Shown here: positions 1-10,807 of the stretch, in pieces
How the letters are laid out: the number at the start of each line of letters is the position of its first letter
Position numbering within the stretch: the stretch's first letter is position 1
Origin: a virus
DNA length: 64,000 bases
Reading direction: 5' to 3' (one strand)
Virus record (IMG/VR): IMGVR_UViG_3300020469_000021
Span: 1 to 64,000 of that record
Position numbers and translations under genes: made by a program
The notes under the pieces: model-generated
What the model saw: the letters and a program-made list of their open reading frames with translations, nothing else
What the model was told of the DNA's origin: nothing
Database searches by the model: none

Positions 1-48
1 ACCCCAACACCCACTCCAACACCCACCCCAACACCTACTCCAACGCCA
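1..48 (+). repeat. Thr-Pro coding repeat (partial)
   Basis: ACNCCN hexamer array running off the window start. Confidence 0.9.
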
Positions 49-3000
49 AGCCCATCAAACCCACCTCAGCCAGACGCGGGAACACCAAGCACTTTTTCTG
101 GAGGAGGAAGCCTTCCGGGTAATACAGATTTAGGGCATAGTATCTCTACAGAAGTTTACTTCTGGGCAATGGGGTATTCAAACCCAAGGTTTGCCGCAAG
201 GTCAACACTAACCCATCTGGTTGGAAATGATAGCACTTATAGGATTCAAGTTCAAGAGTGGGATTCAAGTTCTTCTAATTATGTAGACCTTCGAAGTACT
301 CAGGCAACTTCCGGCCCACCAAGTGGATCGACTCCGGGTGATACTTGGATGACTGGCAGCAGCTTTCCGCAAAACAATGAGGTTGACGGTCCACAGAGAA
401 TTAGATATAGAAATTATTCTTCTGGTGAGTTAGATTGGTCCGACTGGTTATACTATGATAGGCCCGCAGGCTGGGAATCAATAACATCTACCCCAACACC
501 CACTCCAACACCTACCCCAACACCTACCCCAACACCTACCCCAACACCCACTCCAACACCTACACCTACTCTCACCCCAACACCCACTCCAACACCCACC
601 CCAACACCTACTCCAACGCCTACTCCAACGCCTGCCATATTAATAGCCCAAAGTACTCTGTCTGAAGCAGCTTCTGTAGGAGAAACGTCATTAACAGTTT
701 TAGACGAGTCTGTCTTTCTAGTGGGAGATACTATTGTAATCAGCGAAGGAACTGCACAAGAAGAAACTAATAGCATAACGGGCTTCGGATCCTTATTGAT
801 AACAAATTCACTTCAATTTAATCACTCGATTGGTGCAGTAGTAACAGTAACCAATCGACCGGTAAATCCAGCAAAAACATCTTCTAACTCAGGCTCAACG
901 ACATATTCTTTTTCTGCACTCTCTAATGATTGCGTTGATACAGATAAAGAGCAATTAAACTTTACTGTTGACGGAGGACTTTCAGACTCCTTCTCTCTTG
1001 GAATTGTATGGGGCGAAGCAGATGCAGGCGAATCAAATTATCAAGATTGGGACAATTTTTCATTTTTTGATAGTACTACTTCCGGCAGGTGGGTTGTAAC
1101 TACAGACCAAAGTTTTGCATATCAAGCTCGTGAACTTTCTAGTGATACAACTTATTTTTGGAGGTCTATTTTAACTATTTCAGGAACTACTTACTGGTCT
1201 TCTTCTCAAACTTTTACAAAATTAGATTGCGCTTGGATGCCTACTTATTTTATCGGAAGAGATTCTGATGGAAGTTGGAAAGAAGTTTCTTCAAATATAG
1301 TTTTAAAAGAAGATGGATCGTTTATTGTTCAAAATGGGTTATTTGTTGTAGGGAATAATGAAGAATATTATGACCTACCTAGCTTCATTAAAAATACTTC
1401 GAAAACAATTGAAGATCACACGCTTAATTTGTCATCTTTTGCAACACAATTAGCTCAGGGCGGCACTACATTAGCTTCCGCAGGGATATCTGCAATAACT
1501 GAAGATAGTAGCGGCAACATAGGCATCGGTACTGACAGTCCTAGTCATAACTTACATATTGCTGGTGGAACTCCAGAAATGAAGCTAGAAGGCTCCCAAC
1601 CGAGAATATTTTTGAGTGAAACTGATCAAACAGATTTAAACAACTTGATTAGAAACAACAATTCTGTTTTTCAAATTGATACAGTAACTGACGATGATAG
1701 TTTCATCGCTAATAGATTCAGTATTAACAACACCTCCGGCAATGTCGGAATCGGAACAGATAGTCCTGAAGAACTATTAGATGTTCGTGGATCAATAAAA
1801 ACTAAAAATGGTAATGACGACAGTGAAGTTAAACTAGTTTCAACAGGAGGAATGCCGTACATAAATCTTCAGCGTGGATCTTCTGCCCTTGGTGACTGGA
1901 AAATTAAAGCCAAAGGTAATGGTAGTCAGCAAGTCTTAGTTACTTCGGTTGGTACATCTGATTTAATGACTGTTCAGGCAAACGGTAATATAGGTATTGG
2001 TACTGCGAGTCCTCGGGCTAAATTTGAGGTGGCTAACTCAGCATCTAATTCTGCGCTATTATTTAATTTAACAGGCTCGCAAAAAGCTGCCATTCAATGT
2101 GTTGATGCTGATTCTATCGCAAACAAAAGACCTTTGTTATTGAATCCGGACGGAGGCAATGTAGGTATTGGTACTACGAGTCCTGATCTAGCAAAATTAC
2201 AAATTGAAGGTGATAATGATTTGCTTAGACTTATTTCAACACGGTCTGGTAACTCAGGAGCAGAAATTGCTTTAATACAAAATTCTGATTCCCCTGCAAA
2301 CGAAGATGCGCATGGTATGATTAATTTTATCGGCAACGATACAGATGGTTCAGACCCTTTAGCAAAAACTTTCTCTTCAATAAGGGGTATTACGCATGAC
2401 GCTGCAAATAGTGTGGGGCGGCTAGGTTTATTCACAAGAAATGGAAGTTCATTTTCAGAAGATTTATCTATTGTCAAAGGCAACGTAGGTATTGGTACTA
2501 CGAGTCCTGATGACTTACTGGAAGTTGGAGACGGTACGGCCTCCGCAAATGTAACAATCAACCACCTTGGTGGGACAGGTGCTAATTTCAGAATTAAAAA
2601 TGATGGCGATTTAATGTGGCAGATGGGTATTAATACATCTGGAAATATAAATAACGATTTCGTCATTGACACTTCGATTGATCCAGACAACCCGAAGTTT
2701 ATTATAAAGTCGAGCGGCAACGTAGGTATTGGTACTGCGAGTCCTAGTAGTCCATTGCAGGTAAATACATTTAAGGATGTTACATTAGTAAAGGTAACAT
2801 GTACAAACGGGGAAACCACAATATCTCTGTCAGAGGATTTAACCTCTGTGCTTTCAGCAGGAAATGTAATACGATTTAATAATTCAGGTGGAGGCGATCT
2901 AAGTACTAAAGAATATGAAATAGAGAGTATTACTGATTCATTATTAACATTGACAGAGGCTTTAAATTTTACCGCTGCATTACATATTTCCAAGATCCTA

Positions 3001-3378
3001 CCAACTTTAAATGTTAAATCAGGCAATGTCGGAGTCGGAATAGATAGTCCTATCTCGACACTTCATGTTAAATCATCACTAGATGGTCCTATTTTCGATA
3101 GTGGTGGCACAGACAATGCAAATCATGCATTTCTTGTTCGTGACAATTCTAATAATCAGTTGTTGCGCGTAGAAAACAACGGCAATGTCGGTATTGGTAC
3201 TACGACTCCTAGTGCTCCCCTTGAGATTTCCTCCACATCTGGTGGTCTTATTTTACCTAGAATGACAGCTTCTCAGAAAAATGCTATAACAAGCCCGACT
3301 CGTGGTGAGATGGTGTTTGATGATACAGATAATACGTTTTACGGCTACAACGGAACAAGCTGGGTAGCCCTGCACTAA
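1..3378 (+). CDS. Tail-fibre/adhesin-like structural protein, 5'-truncated by the window edge
   Basis: Frame +1 is open from base 1 (TPTPTP...YFWA) into the ORF at 169. Two PT linkers, eight GN(V/I)G(I/V)G(T/I)xxP repeats, and C-terminal GLILPRMT...GEMVFD...YNGTSW fibre domain. Confidence 0.8.
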   Translation, partial: TPTPTPTPTPTPTPTPSPSNPPQPDAGTPSTFSGGGSLPGNTDLGHSISTEVYFWAMGYSNPRFAARSTLTHLVGNDSTYRIQVQEWDSSSSNYVDLRSTQATSGPPSGSTPGDTWMTGSSFPQNNEVDGPQRIRYRNYSSGELDWSDWLYYDRPAGWESITSTPTPTPTPTPTPTPTPTPTPTPTPTPTLTPTPTPTPTPTPTPTPTPTPAILIAQSTLSEAASVGETSLTVLDESVFLVGDTIVISEGTAQEETNSITGFGSLLITNSLQFNHSIGAVVTVTNRPVNPAKTSSNSGSTTYSFSALSNDCVDTDKEQLNFTVDGGLSDSFSLGIVWGEADAGESNYQDWDNFSFFDSTTSGRWVVTTDQSFAYQARELSSDTTYFWRSILTISGTTYWSSSQTFTKLDCAWMPTYFIGRDSDGSWKEVSSNIVLKEDGSFIVQNGLFVVGNNEEYYDLPSFIKNTSKTIEDHTLNLSSFATQLAQGGTTLASAGISAITEDSSGNIGIGTDSPSHNLHIAGGTPEMKLEGSQPRIFLSETDQTDLNNLIRNNNSVFQIDTVTDDDSFIANRFSINNTSGNVGIGTDSPEELLDVRGSIKTKNGNDDSEVKLVSTGGMPYINLQRGSSALGDWKIKAKGNGSQQVLVTSVGTSDLMTVQANGNIGIGTASPRAKFEVANSASNSALLFNLTGSQKAAIQCVDADSIANKRPLLLNPDGGNVGIGTTSPDLAKLQIEGDNDLLRLISTRSGNSGAEIALIQNSDSPANEDAHGMINFIGNDTDGSDPLAKTFSSIRGITHDAANSVGRLGLFTRNGSSFSEDLSIVKGNVGIGTTSPDDLLEVGDGTASANVTINHLGGTGANFRIKNDGDLMWQMGINTSGNINNDFVIDTSIDPDNPKFIIKSSGNVGIGTASPSSPLQVNTFKDVTLVKVTCTNGETTISLSEDLTSVLSAGNVIRFNNSGGGDLSTKEYEIESITDSLLTLTEALNFTAALHISKILPTLNVKSGNVGVGIDSPISTLHVKSSLDGPIFDSGGTDNANHAFLVRDNSNNQLLRVENNGNVGIGTTTPSAPLEISSTSGGLILPRMTASQKNAITSPTRGEMVFDDTDNTFYGYNGTSWVALH
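490..633 (+). repeat. Thr-Pro coding repeat, 48 codons
   Basis: ACNCCN array with one Leu interruption. Confidence 0.95.
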
Positions 3379-3427
3379 GAGTTTAGCTTTATAGATTTTT
3401 AGATATATTATTTCCTCTAAAAAAATC

Positions 3428-3456
3428 TTGACATTACAGAAATTATAGTTTATAAT
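3428..3456 (+). promoter_or_regulatory. Consensus sigma70 promoter
   Basis: TTGACA-17nt-TATAAT exactly, upstream of ATG 3479. Confidence 0.85.
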
Positions 3457-3478
3457 TGGGCATAACTTAATTATAATT

Positions 3479-4033
3479 ATGCTTTCAATATATAAACCAA
3501 ACAAAAGCAATACAGGTTGCGCCTTTCAATTTCAAATAGGTAGAGACAAAAAAAACGAAGAGCACATTCTTTTCATAAGCGCTATCTTGCAGTCGGGGTG
3601 GGACCAGAAGACTCGAGTCGGATCATTTAAAGGCAATGCGGGTAATCCAGAAAAGTCAATTAATGTAAAACTTGGAGAATTTGAACTTGGAGCAATTAAA
3701 AGTTCCATAAAGAACAGACAGCCTTATTCGACTTTTCATCAACACGAGTCAAATCAAACTACAATCCGCTTCACTCCTTGGGATAAACCTTCTAAGATAT
3801 CAATTCTAAATCCTAAGACAAAAAAGCTAGAGGAACAGAGCTTAGTTCTTCCCGCCTTTGGCCTCACCATAACTAGGCACGGAAATAATTCTTTTAGAAT
3901 AGGTCTTGAGCCCGGAGAAGTAGAAGCTTTAAATGCACTCATTGACTTTTACTTCAGCAAACTTTATGACCAAAGACTTCGTAAACAAATTAAAGATTTA
4001 AAAAGAAGAAAAGACGAAAGAGAAGAATCTTAG
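3479..4033 (+). CDS. Putative Whirly/PC4-fold ssDNA-binding protein
   Basis: Two beta-rich units, each ending in a helix (VKLGEFELGAI; IGLEPGEVEAL); fold is inferred from the pattern only. Confidence 0.4.
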   Translation: MLSIYKPNKSNTGCAFQFQIGRDKKNEEHILFISAILQSGWDQKTRVGSFKGNAGNPEKSINVKLGEFELGAIKSSIKNRQPYSTFHQHESNQTTIRFTPWDKPSKISILNPKTKKLEEQSLVLPAFGLTITRHGNNSFRIGLEPGEVEALNALIDFYFSKLYDQRLRKQIKDLKRRKDEREES

Positions 4034-4038
4034 TCTAG

Positions 4039-5952
4039 ATGAGGAAGAAAAAAATCCTTTTTCATTCTAATCACAGTAAAGTCTTTACTGGGTTTGGTAA
4101 AAATGCAAAAAATATTTTAAAGTATTTGTTTAATACTGGAAAATATGAAATAATTGAAGCTGCAAATGGTTTCGCTTATGGTGATCCGTCTTTAGAGTTT
4201 ATGCCTTGGGAAGCGGTTGGCACTCTTCCCAATAACCCAGCCCAGAGAGCCCAAATTAATAAAGATCCCGGCTTAGCAAAGCGAGCAGCTTATGGATCAG
4301 AAATGATAGATCAAATAATAAAAGAAGTTAAGCCTGATATTTATATTGGGGCAGAGGATATTTGGGCGTTTGATGGATATTGGGATAGAAAATGGTGGAA
4401 TAAATTAAGCTGTATGATTTGGACTACATTAGACAGCTCTCCTATTTTACCAATGGCAGTCAACGCAGCTCCAAAAATAAGTAATTTTTACACATGGGCT
4501 TCGTTTGCATCTGATGAACTGAACAAGCTAGGACATTCTCACGTTAAAACTCTTCATGGCAGTATCGAAACCGATCACTTTTTTAAAATTAAAAATTCTG
4601 ACAGAGAAAAATTAAGAAATAAATTTAATTTAAATAATAATAAATTTATTATCGGTTATGTCTTCAGGAACCAGCTTCGCAAAAGCGTTCCTAATTTACT
4701 CGAAGGTTTTAAAAATTTTTGCAAAGAAAATAAGTCTGCAGATGCAGCCCTACTTCTTCATACTCATTGGTCTGAAGGTTGGGAGATCCCAAGGCTCATG
4801 AAAGAATTTGAGATTCCAGAAGAAAGAGTTTTGACAACTTACTTGTGCAATAAATGCAAAAGGTTTGAAATAAAACCTTTTTCCGGCCAAGATAAGGACT
4901 GTCCTTACTGTAAATCAAAAAAAACTCAGCAAACATCAAATGTTAAGTGTGGCGTTTCGGAAGAGCAATTAAATCAAATATATAATTTGATGGACGTGTA
5001 TTGCCACCCTTTTACTTCTGGTGGTCAAGAAATTCCAATTCAAGAAGCAAAACTTTGCGAGCTTATAACTTTGGTCACGGATTATAGCTGTGGCACAGAT
5101 TCAGTTGGCGAAAGTTCAGGAGGTATGTCACTAAATTGGTCTTCCTATAGAGAACCCGGTACGCAATTTATAAAAGCTACTACAGACCCAATAGACATAT
5201 CAGAAAAGTTGACGCAAGTTTTTCGTATGTCAAAAAAACATAAGTCTAAAATGGGCAAAGATGCTAGAAAATTCGTACTAGAACGTTATGACACAAAAGT
5301 GATAGGAGTGCAGCTAGAAAAAATTATAGATGAGTTACCTTTTTGTGATTGGGATTTTGATTTTTCTGAGAAAAAACGCAATCCAAATTATACTCCACCA
5401 GATATAGAAGACAATGGAGACTGGCTGTGCGACCTTTACAAAAACATTCTTAATACTGATATTGACTCGAACGATGAAGGATATAAGTATTGGATGTCTC
5501 AGTTCTCTGCAGGCAAAGATAGAGAAACGATACTGACTTATTTTAAAAAAATTGCAGCAAAAGAAAACCAAGAGAATTTTGGAAAAAAAGATCTTTCTGA
5601 TTTTTTAGATAATGACGAAGGTAAGAGAATAGCCTTTGTCATGCCTGAAAGCGCTGGGGATGTTTTTATGTCAACGTCTCTTTTATGCAGAATTAAAAAC
5701 CTATATCCAGATCATAATATTTATTTTTTTACTAAGCCACAGTTCTTTTCTTTACTAGACGGAAACCCTTATGTACATAAAGTAATTCCTTACTCTGAAT
5801 CTTGCGAACAACTTCTTTTCCTTGAAGGCGCTGGACCTCATAAAGGATTTTTTGAAGTAGCCTATTTGCCACACATAGGCACTCAAAGACAATTAAACTA
5901 TCTACACAATGGTAAGGACAAAATAGAACTTGATTTAAAATGCACATCTTAG
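4039..5952 (+). CDS. GT4-like (GT-B) glycosyltransferase with Zn-ribbon insert, DUF4214-like and GT9-N-like C-terminal parts
   Basis: TGFG, RNQLRK, YNLMDVYCHPFTSGGQEIPIQEA; CNKC..CPYC; LYKNIL..DEGYKYW; SAGDVFMSTSL..LDGNPYV. Confidence 0.8.
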   Translation: MRKKKILFHSNHSKVFTGFGKNAKNILKYLFNTGKYEIIEAANGFAYGDPSLEFMPWEAVGTLPNNPAQRAQINKDPGLAKRAAYGSEMIDQIIKEVKPDIYIGAEDIWAFDGYWDRKWWNKLSCMIWTTLDSSPILPMAVNAAPKISNFYTWASFASDELNKLGHSHVKTLHGSIETDHFFKIKNSDREKLRNKFNLNNNKFIIGYVFRNQLRKSVPNLLEGFKNFCKENKSADAALLLHTHWSEGWEIPRLMKEFEIPEERVLTTYLCNKCKRFEIKPFSGQDKDCPYCKSKKTQQTSNVKCGVSEEQLNQIYNLMDVYCHPFTSGGQEIPIQEAKLCELITLVTDYSCGTDSVGESSGGMSLNWSSYREPGTQFIKATTDPIDISEKLTQVFRMSKKHKSKMGKDARKFVLERYDTKVIGVQLEKIIDELPFCDWDFDFSEKKRNPNYTPPDIEDNGDWLCDLYKNILNTDIDSNDEGYKYWMSQFSAGKDRETILTYFKKIAAKENQENFGKKDLSDFLDNDEGKRIAFVMPESAGDVFMSTSLLCRIKNLYPDHNIYFFTKPQFFSLLDGNPYVHKVIPYSESCEQLLFLEGAGPHKGFFEVAYLPHIGTQRQLNYLHNGKDKIELDLKCTS

Positions 5953-7130
5953 AACAATATGCTTTGAGTTGCGGTTTAAAAATAGGACAACCGCATATAG
6001 AGACACTTTTTTACCCAACTGGCGTTGATAAATATATTACAATTCATAATAGTAAAAAGTTTGAATCTAGAAACTACGATTATTTTGGGGATTCAGTTAC
6101 TTCCATGCTACCTTTTTTAAAAAAAGAAGAAATTTCTATTTTTCAAGTTGGTATCCCCGATGACCCACTAATTCCTTACTGCAAAGACTTGAGAGGCAAA
6201 ACAAATTTAAAGCAGCTTGCGTATGTTCTCTCAAAAAGCTTGCTACATATTGGTATAGACAGCCTGCCAATACATCTAGCTTCTCATTTTAAAGTTCCGG
6301 TTGTAGGCCTTTACTCTAATATGTATAAAGAACACTCTGCGCCGTACTGGAAAGAAGATTCTACCACTGTTTTACTAGAAAGCGACAGGAAAGGGTTGAA
6401 ACCTAGTTATGCAAATAAAGAATCTCCAAAGACAATTAACATGATTTGTCCAGATGACATAGCATCTAATAGTTTAGATTTATTAAATATAAATCACGAT
6501 TTAAAGAGCTTGGATTGTTTTTATGTAGGTTCCGATTTTTGCAACATTAGCATTGATGTCGTTCCAAATTTTTTACCCAATGCTCATTTTTCTGGGTCTG
6601 AAGTTTGCATAAGAATGGACAAGTATCACACATCAAGCAATTTAGCTTCTTGGTTAAGCTGCTGTAAATGTAGTATTATTTCTGAAGAACAAATCGACCT
6701 TGCGACAATTTTTTCTTTTAAAAATAATATTAAAAATATTACTTTTATTATATCTGGAGAGCAAGTTAAAATCCCTATAGACTATTTAAAGCTTCTACAG
6801 TCTTCGGGCATTTCTTTTGAGCTTAAGACTGAAGATGAAGATTTAATATCCTCTTATAGAATGCATTATTTTGACTGGAAAGTATCTTCTGTAAAAAAAT
6901 ATTCAAAGAAATGTGTTGACAAATTAGAAAAAATATGCGATACTACTTTCTTTAAAACATCAAAGATTATATTCTCTAACCAAAATAAGTACGCAAGTGA
7001 AGCTCATCAAAAAAAAGAAATCCCAATGCCTCCCCCAGATTCAAAAGGGCCAAATGGAGGAATCCAAATACTAGATGAAGATTTGTTTTGGGAATGGGCT
7101 CCATATTATAAACTATTTAATACTAAATAA
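5940..7130 (+). CDS. GT9-like glycosyltransferase domain protein
   Basis: DLRGKTNLKQLAYVL..LHIGIDSLPIHLA..VPVVGLY. Confidence 0.7.
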   Translation: MHILEQYALSCGLKIGQPHIETLFYPTGVDKYITIHNSKKFESRNYDYFGDSVTSMLPFLKKEEISIFQVGIPDDPLIPYCKDLRGKTNLKQLAYVLSKSLLHIGIDSLPIHLASHFKVPVVGLYSNMYKEHSAPYWKEDSTTVLLESDRKGLKPSYANKESPKTINMICPDDIASNSLDLLNINHDLKSLDCFYVGSDFCNISIDVVPNFLPNAHFSGSEVCIRMDKYHTSSNLASWLSCCKCSIISEEQIDLATIFSFKNNIKNITFIISGEQVKIPIDYLKLLQSSGISFELKTEDEDLISSYRMHYFDWKVSSVKKYSKKCVDKLEKICDTTFFKTSKIIFSNQNKYASEAHQKKEIPMPPPDSKGPNGGIQILDEDLFWEWAPYYKLFNTK

Positions 7131-7132
7131 AA

Positions 7133-7897
7133 ATGCCAACAGCAAAAAATAAAACAGAACCGCCCTTAAAGCGCGGTAGAGATAAAAACGGATTAATTAC
7201 AGGCGTAGACCATGTTTTTCAAGAAGATGGATTCATCGACTGGAGAGCAATGATAAAACCTGAACATTTATTTCCCAATAAAAATTATTTTGAAACATAT
7301 GACAAGCCAATACCTCAAAGCATCGATGGGCTAAGCGATAATAAACTTTTAATCAAGCTCAGCGGGATTAAAGAGCTTGCTAGGCTAAGAGGCTTTGATT
7401 TGGTAGAGTACAATTTTATAAAGTGTGAACACGACCACGTCGCAGTTTCTTGCAAAATTCGTTTTATAGGTAATTATGAAACAGAAGGTAGCTCGGTAGT
7501 TTTTGAAGATGCAGCAAATGCGACCTTAGATAATACTAGTTCTTTCGCCACCAAGTTTTTAGAAACAATAGCCTGTAATAGAGCTTTTGTAAGATGCGTC
7601 AGAAATTTTTTGAATATTCATATTGTGGGTGTCGATGAAATAGATTCTTCTTCAAAGGATTCCCCAAAACAATCTTCTAAACCCAGTTCTAAAGTCAATG
7701 ATATTTCTCCATCTTCAATACTATCTTCTCATGCCAAAGACAAGCTCGGCTGTAGTAGTTTTGAAGAATTTAAAGATGTTCTTAGAGAACTCTGGAAGAG
7801 CAATCGCTATAAAAATGACTTAATTCAAGATTGGCATTCCTTTGAAGACATTCCCGCAAAAGAAGCTAGAATATTACTTACGCATATAAATTCTTAA
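7133..7897 (+). CDS. Putative single-strand annealing protein (Rad52/Erf/RecT-like fold)
   Basis: IKLSGIKELA, beta hairpin, LETIACNRAFVRCVRNFLNI, low-complexity linker and helical tail. Confidence 0.5.
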   Translation: MPTAKNKTEPPLKRGRDKNGLITGVDHVFQEDGFIDWRAMIKPEHLFPNKNYFETYDKPIPQSIDGLSDNKLLIKLSGIKELARLRGFDLVEYNFIKCEHDHVAVSCKIRFIGNYETEGSSVVFEDAANATLDNTSSFATKFLETIACNRAFVRCVRNFLNIHIVGVDEIDSSSKDSPKQSSKPSSKVNDISPSSILSSHAKDKLGCSSFEEFKDVLRELWKSNRYKNDLIQDWHSFEDIPAKEARILLTHINS

Positions 7898-8227
7898 AGC
7901 TATAGAAGATAGGCTTGGCCAAGAAAAAGCCGAAAATATTATATAGTAAAAAGGCAAATTAAAGTATTGCTGTATCGCTGTAGATATTAAAATACTTAAC
8001 CAAAAGCCAAAGCATAGACAGCATGTTAACATTTCTCCAAAAGCTCCCCAATTTTTAAATACGTAATCGTCAAAGTCTTCTAGAGTTATTACTTGATGTT
8101 CTTTTTTTAGAATGAAAAACAATATTTCGAAAAACTTTATCTTTATAGAGCTTGAGTAAAAAGTAATTATTAAATTTATACAAACAAGCAATCCCCACAA
8201 GTAAAATTCAAAAAAATTCTCTGTCAT
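7874..8227 (-). CDS. Small membrane protein (DUF1360-like)
   Basis: Hydrophobic segments and MLTCCLCFGFW motif. Confidence 0.55.
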   Translation of the reverse strand: MTENFFEFYLWGLLVCINLIITFYSSSIKIKFFEILFFILKKEHQVITLEDFDDYVFKNWGAFGEMLTCCLCFGFWLSILISTAIQQYFNLPFYYIIFSAFSWPSLSSIALRIYMRK

Positions 8228-8412
8228 TTTCCGTTTAGTTTTTTAACTATTAATGCTTCAAACTTCGCTCTTAGTCTTCTGGCTTTACACCCAGAGCATC
8301 CCCCGGAATTTCTTTCTTTTATGTATTGATCTTTCAAACTTCGCAGACAAGGATCTCCACAATCAGAATCATCATTTCCAAAAAATTTTGCATTAATTTG
8401 TTGTAAGCTCAC
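8224..8412 (-). CDS. Small Cys-containing protein
   Basis: GCSGC; overlaps next gene by 4 nt; GTGTA motif 13 nt upstream. Confidence 0.65.
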   Translation of the reverse strand: MSLQQINAKFFGNDDSDCGDPCLRSLKDQYIKERNSGGCSGCKARRLRAKFEALIVKKLNGK

Positions 8413-8471
8413 GATATGATTACACTTTTTTTCTTGACTTGTTTTTAGAATTGCTATATATTATATTCATC

Positions 8472-9035
8472 ATGAGGAAAGTTATAAATAAAAACGGCCC
8501 CAACGCTTTAGAAGGTACAAAAACTTATCTAGTTGGACACATGCAGTATATAAGTGGTCGCGATTGGAGGGAAGATATTACTGAAGATTTAGAGCCTCTA
8601 AAAATTACATGCTTCAACCCTTACGATAAACCTTTCATTAAAGACGTTGAAGAAGACGAGGCAACCAGACAAGAAATGGATGTCTGGATGAAGACAAAAC
8701 AATACGATAGGGTAACAGATAGAATGAAAACAGTTAGAGCTTATGATCTAAATTTAGTTGATCGCTCAGATTTTATTGTTGCGCATTTAGTCCCAGATGT
8801 AGCCAGTTGGGGCTCTGCTGAAGAGATCGTCACAGCCGTAAGAATGAAAAAGCCTGTATTTGTCAGCATGGAAGGTGGCAAAGCTAAGACTCCCTTATGG
8901 ATGCTTGGCATGTTTCCTCATAAATATATTTATAATAATGTTGACGAAATAGTTGATATGCTTTATGCTATACATAATGGCGAAAAAGACATTGATAGCG
9001 ATAGGTGGAGATTACTTAGAAAAAGATATAGATAA
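8472..9035 (+). CDS. Nucleoside 2-deoxyribosyltransferase/N-glycosidase-like protein
   Basis: YLVG, WRE, FNP, DLNLVDRSD, GSAEE motifs. Start moved to ATG 8472, after TTGACT(8434)-17-TATATT. Confidence 0.7.
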   Translation: MRKVINKNGPNALEGTKTYLVGHMQYISGRDWREDITEDLEPLKITCFNPYDKPFIKDVEEDEATRQEMDVWMKTKQYDRVTDRMKTVRAYDLNLVDRSDFIVAHLVPDVASWGSAEEIVTAVRMKKPVFVSMEGGKAKTPLWMLGMFPHKYIYNNVDEIVDMLYAIHNGEKDIDSDRWRLLRKRYR

Positions 9036-9047
9036 GGAGATAAAGTT

Positions 9048-9122
9048 ATGGAATTATTATGGGTTTTATGGTCAGTTGCCATCGGGGTTTATTGGCTTTT
9101 CATGCATAGTTTTAAATGGTAA
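9048..9122 (+). CDS. 24-aa hydrophobic peptide (not in ORF track)
   Basis: AAGGAG upstream; MELLWVLWSVAIGVYWLFMHSFKW. Confidence 0.45.
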   Translation: MELLWVLWSVAIGVYWLFMHSFKW

Positions 9123-9787
9123 TAGTAAGTAGTATAGAAGAGCTAGGATATATTCAAAGGTTGCAGGAACCTACTGAAGAACTTTTGAACAATCTTGTGG
9201 ATCAGTTTATTTCTAAATTTGGAGTAGATTTTTTTTCTTCTGCTTTTACAATAATTATATTGTGCAACGATAATTTTTTTCATGTAATAAAGAGCTCTTC
9301 GAACAGACCTATACCGTATGAACCTATTTGTAACTTATCAACTTTTGTCCAGTCATGAGCGCTGAAAAAGTTAAAGATGATGTATTAGAGCTTGATGATA
9401 TCAAGCTCGTTAATGATATGGATTCCACTTGGGGCGTAAACTATGTTCTAGTAGAAATAAAAGGCAAAGAAAAGATTTTATCTCGTAAAGTTTACGAAAA
9501 CATTATTAAACAATTAAAAAATAAAAAAAATGACTGAAGCATCATCTACCACCGAAACAGCAAGCCAAGAAAAAATCCTCGACGAGGACAAAGAAAAGCT
9601 TATTATTCCTATTGCCAACAACATACTTAATAACGTAACTCTTTCTGCAGCCTTCCAAGTGCTAAGAGATCAGTCTATTGTCGCAGCCAAAGACAAAATT
9701 AAAGAATCCTCAGATGAAGAAATTCTAGAAATGCTTAAGCAATTCTCAGAAGCAGAGAGCGAAAATTCTTCACCTCCGGACAGTTAA
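9116..9787 (+). other. Three overlapping hypothetical ORFs (9116-9358, 9355-9537, 9530-9787)
   Basis: Tightly coupled ORFs with no recognised motif. Confidence 0.6.
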
Positions 9788-10492
9788 GTGAACAATCCAC
9801 TAGATTTCTTTGAAGGAATCTATTGCATAACTCTTTCCGAGAAGGGAAAGAAAAATGCTGAAATTGAATCTAAAAAATTAGGAATTTCTAGTAGGGTAGA
9901 ATTTTTTTCTCCACCATCTTTTTCTAGCTTTAATCTAGATGAAATATCAACTCTCGAAGCAAAGATTTTTTATTCCTATAGGCACCTTCTAGAGAAGGCT
10001 TACAGAGATGCAAAATCTAATGCGCTTGTTTTTTTAGATAGTACTAAGTTTATAAACTTATCTTCTATAGCTGGAGGATTAAATGATCTTTCCGAAAACT
10101 TCCGACTTTCTCGTGGCAGTCATTGGGAGTTAATTTTGCTCGGAACTTATCCTAAAGATAATCTAGTAAATATCACCAGTAATTTAGTTCATGTCATACG
10201 GGGTTGCTCAGTTTATTGCGCTGGCTTTAACCATACCTTTATGTATCCATTTATAGAAAATATTGGATCAACCGAAGGAGACATAATAAAAACTATGACA
10301 CAGACTGGCGTAAGACTGAATGCTTTTGAAGACTGGATACAAAGATATAAGTTTGCTTTTAACTTGCTTTGTATCAGCCCATTAGGCGCTTGTGTCAATT
10401 CGAATATACATTATAAACAATACCCCTCTATTCAAGAGCAAAAAGAAAACTTTAATTTTTTTTGCGGCAGATCAATTCTTGAAAGCATTTAA
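9788..10492 (+). CDS. Degenerate GT25-like protein
   Basis: FEGIYCITL, SYRHLLEKA, WELILLG; the expected EDD appears as LDS. Confidence 0.5.
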   Translation: MNNPLDFFEGIYCITLSEKGKKNAEIESKKLGISSRVEFFSPPSFSSFNLDEISTLEAKIFYSYRHLLEKAYRDAKSNALVFLDSTKFINLSSIAGGLNDLSENFRLSRGSHWELILLGTYPKDNLVNITSNLVHVIRGCSVYCAGFNHTFMYPFIENIGSTEGDIIKTMTQTGVRLNAFEDWIQRYKFAFNLLCISPLGACVNSNIHYKQYPSIQEQKENFNFFCGRSILESI

Positions 10493-10789
10493 TCTTGATA
10501 TAACTCCATTCAAAGAATACTCATCTATTTTGTTTATTAGTATGTTAGCAATTTCTATTTCCCCAGAACCAATTCTTATTCCTTCTTCTTCTCCAAAGCT
10601 TAAAATATCTCTGATGAAATCCATGGCGCATCTTCTTGTTAACCATTCCCAATATAAATCTATACTTTCTTTATCACACTCCACTAAAACATCAGCATCT
10701 AAAAATACATCAGCATAAAGAGTTAAATCTCTAAAGCAATATACAGAGCTCGGAGGTTCACTTAACGACCCTTCTATAAGTACAATCAT
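10472..10789 (-). CDS. Hypothetical protein, weakly HAD-fold-like
   Basis: Start at ATG 10789, with GTGTA 15 nt upstream; MIVLIEGSL lacks the DxD. Confidence 0.55.
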   Translation of the reverse strand: MIVLIEGSLSEPPSSVYCFRDLTLYADVFLDADVLVECDKESIDLYWEWLTRRCAMDFIRDILSFGEEEGIRIGSGEIEIANILINKIDEYSLNGVISRLNAFKN

Positions 10790-10807
10790 TTTCAATATAT
10801 ACACATA

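Noticed and set aside
453-3026. Minus-strand ORFs (GVGV repeat 107 aa, 310 aa)
   Set aside because: Antisense shadows of the repetitive fibre gene.
1513-3210. 30-bp repeats as a CRISPR array
   Set aside because: Spacers are long and irregular, everything is in-frame coding, and no cas genes are present.
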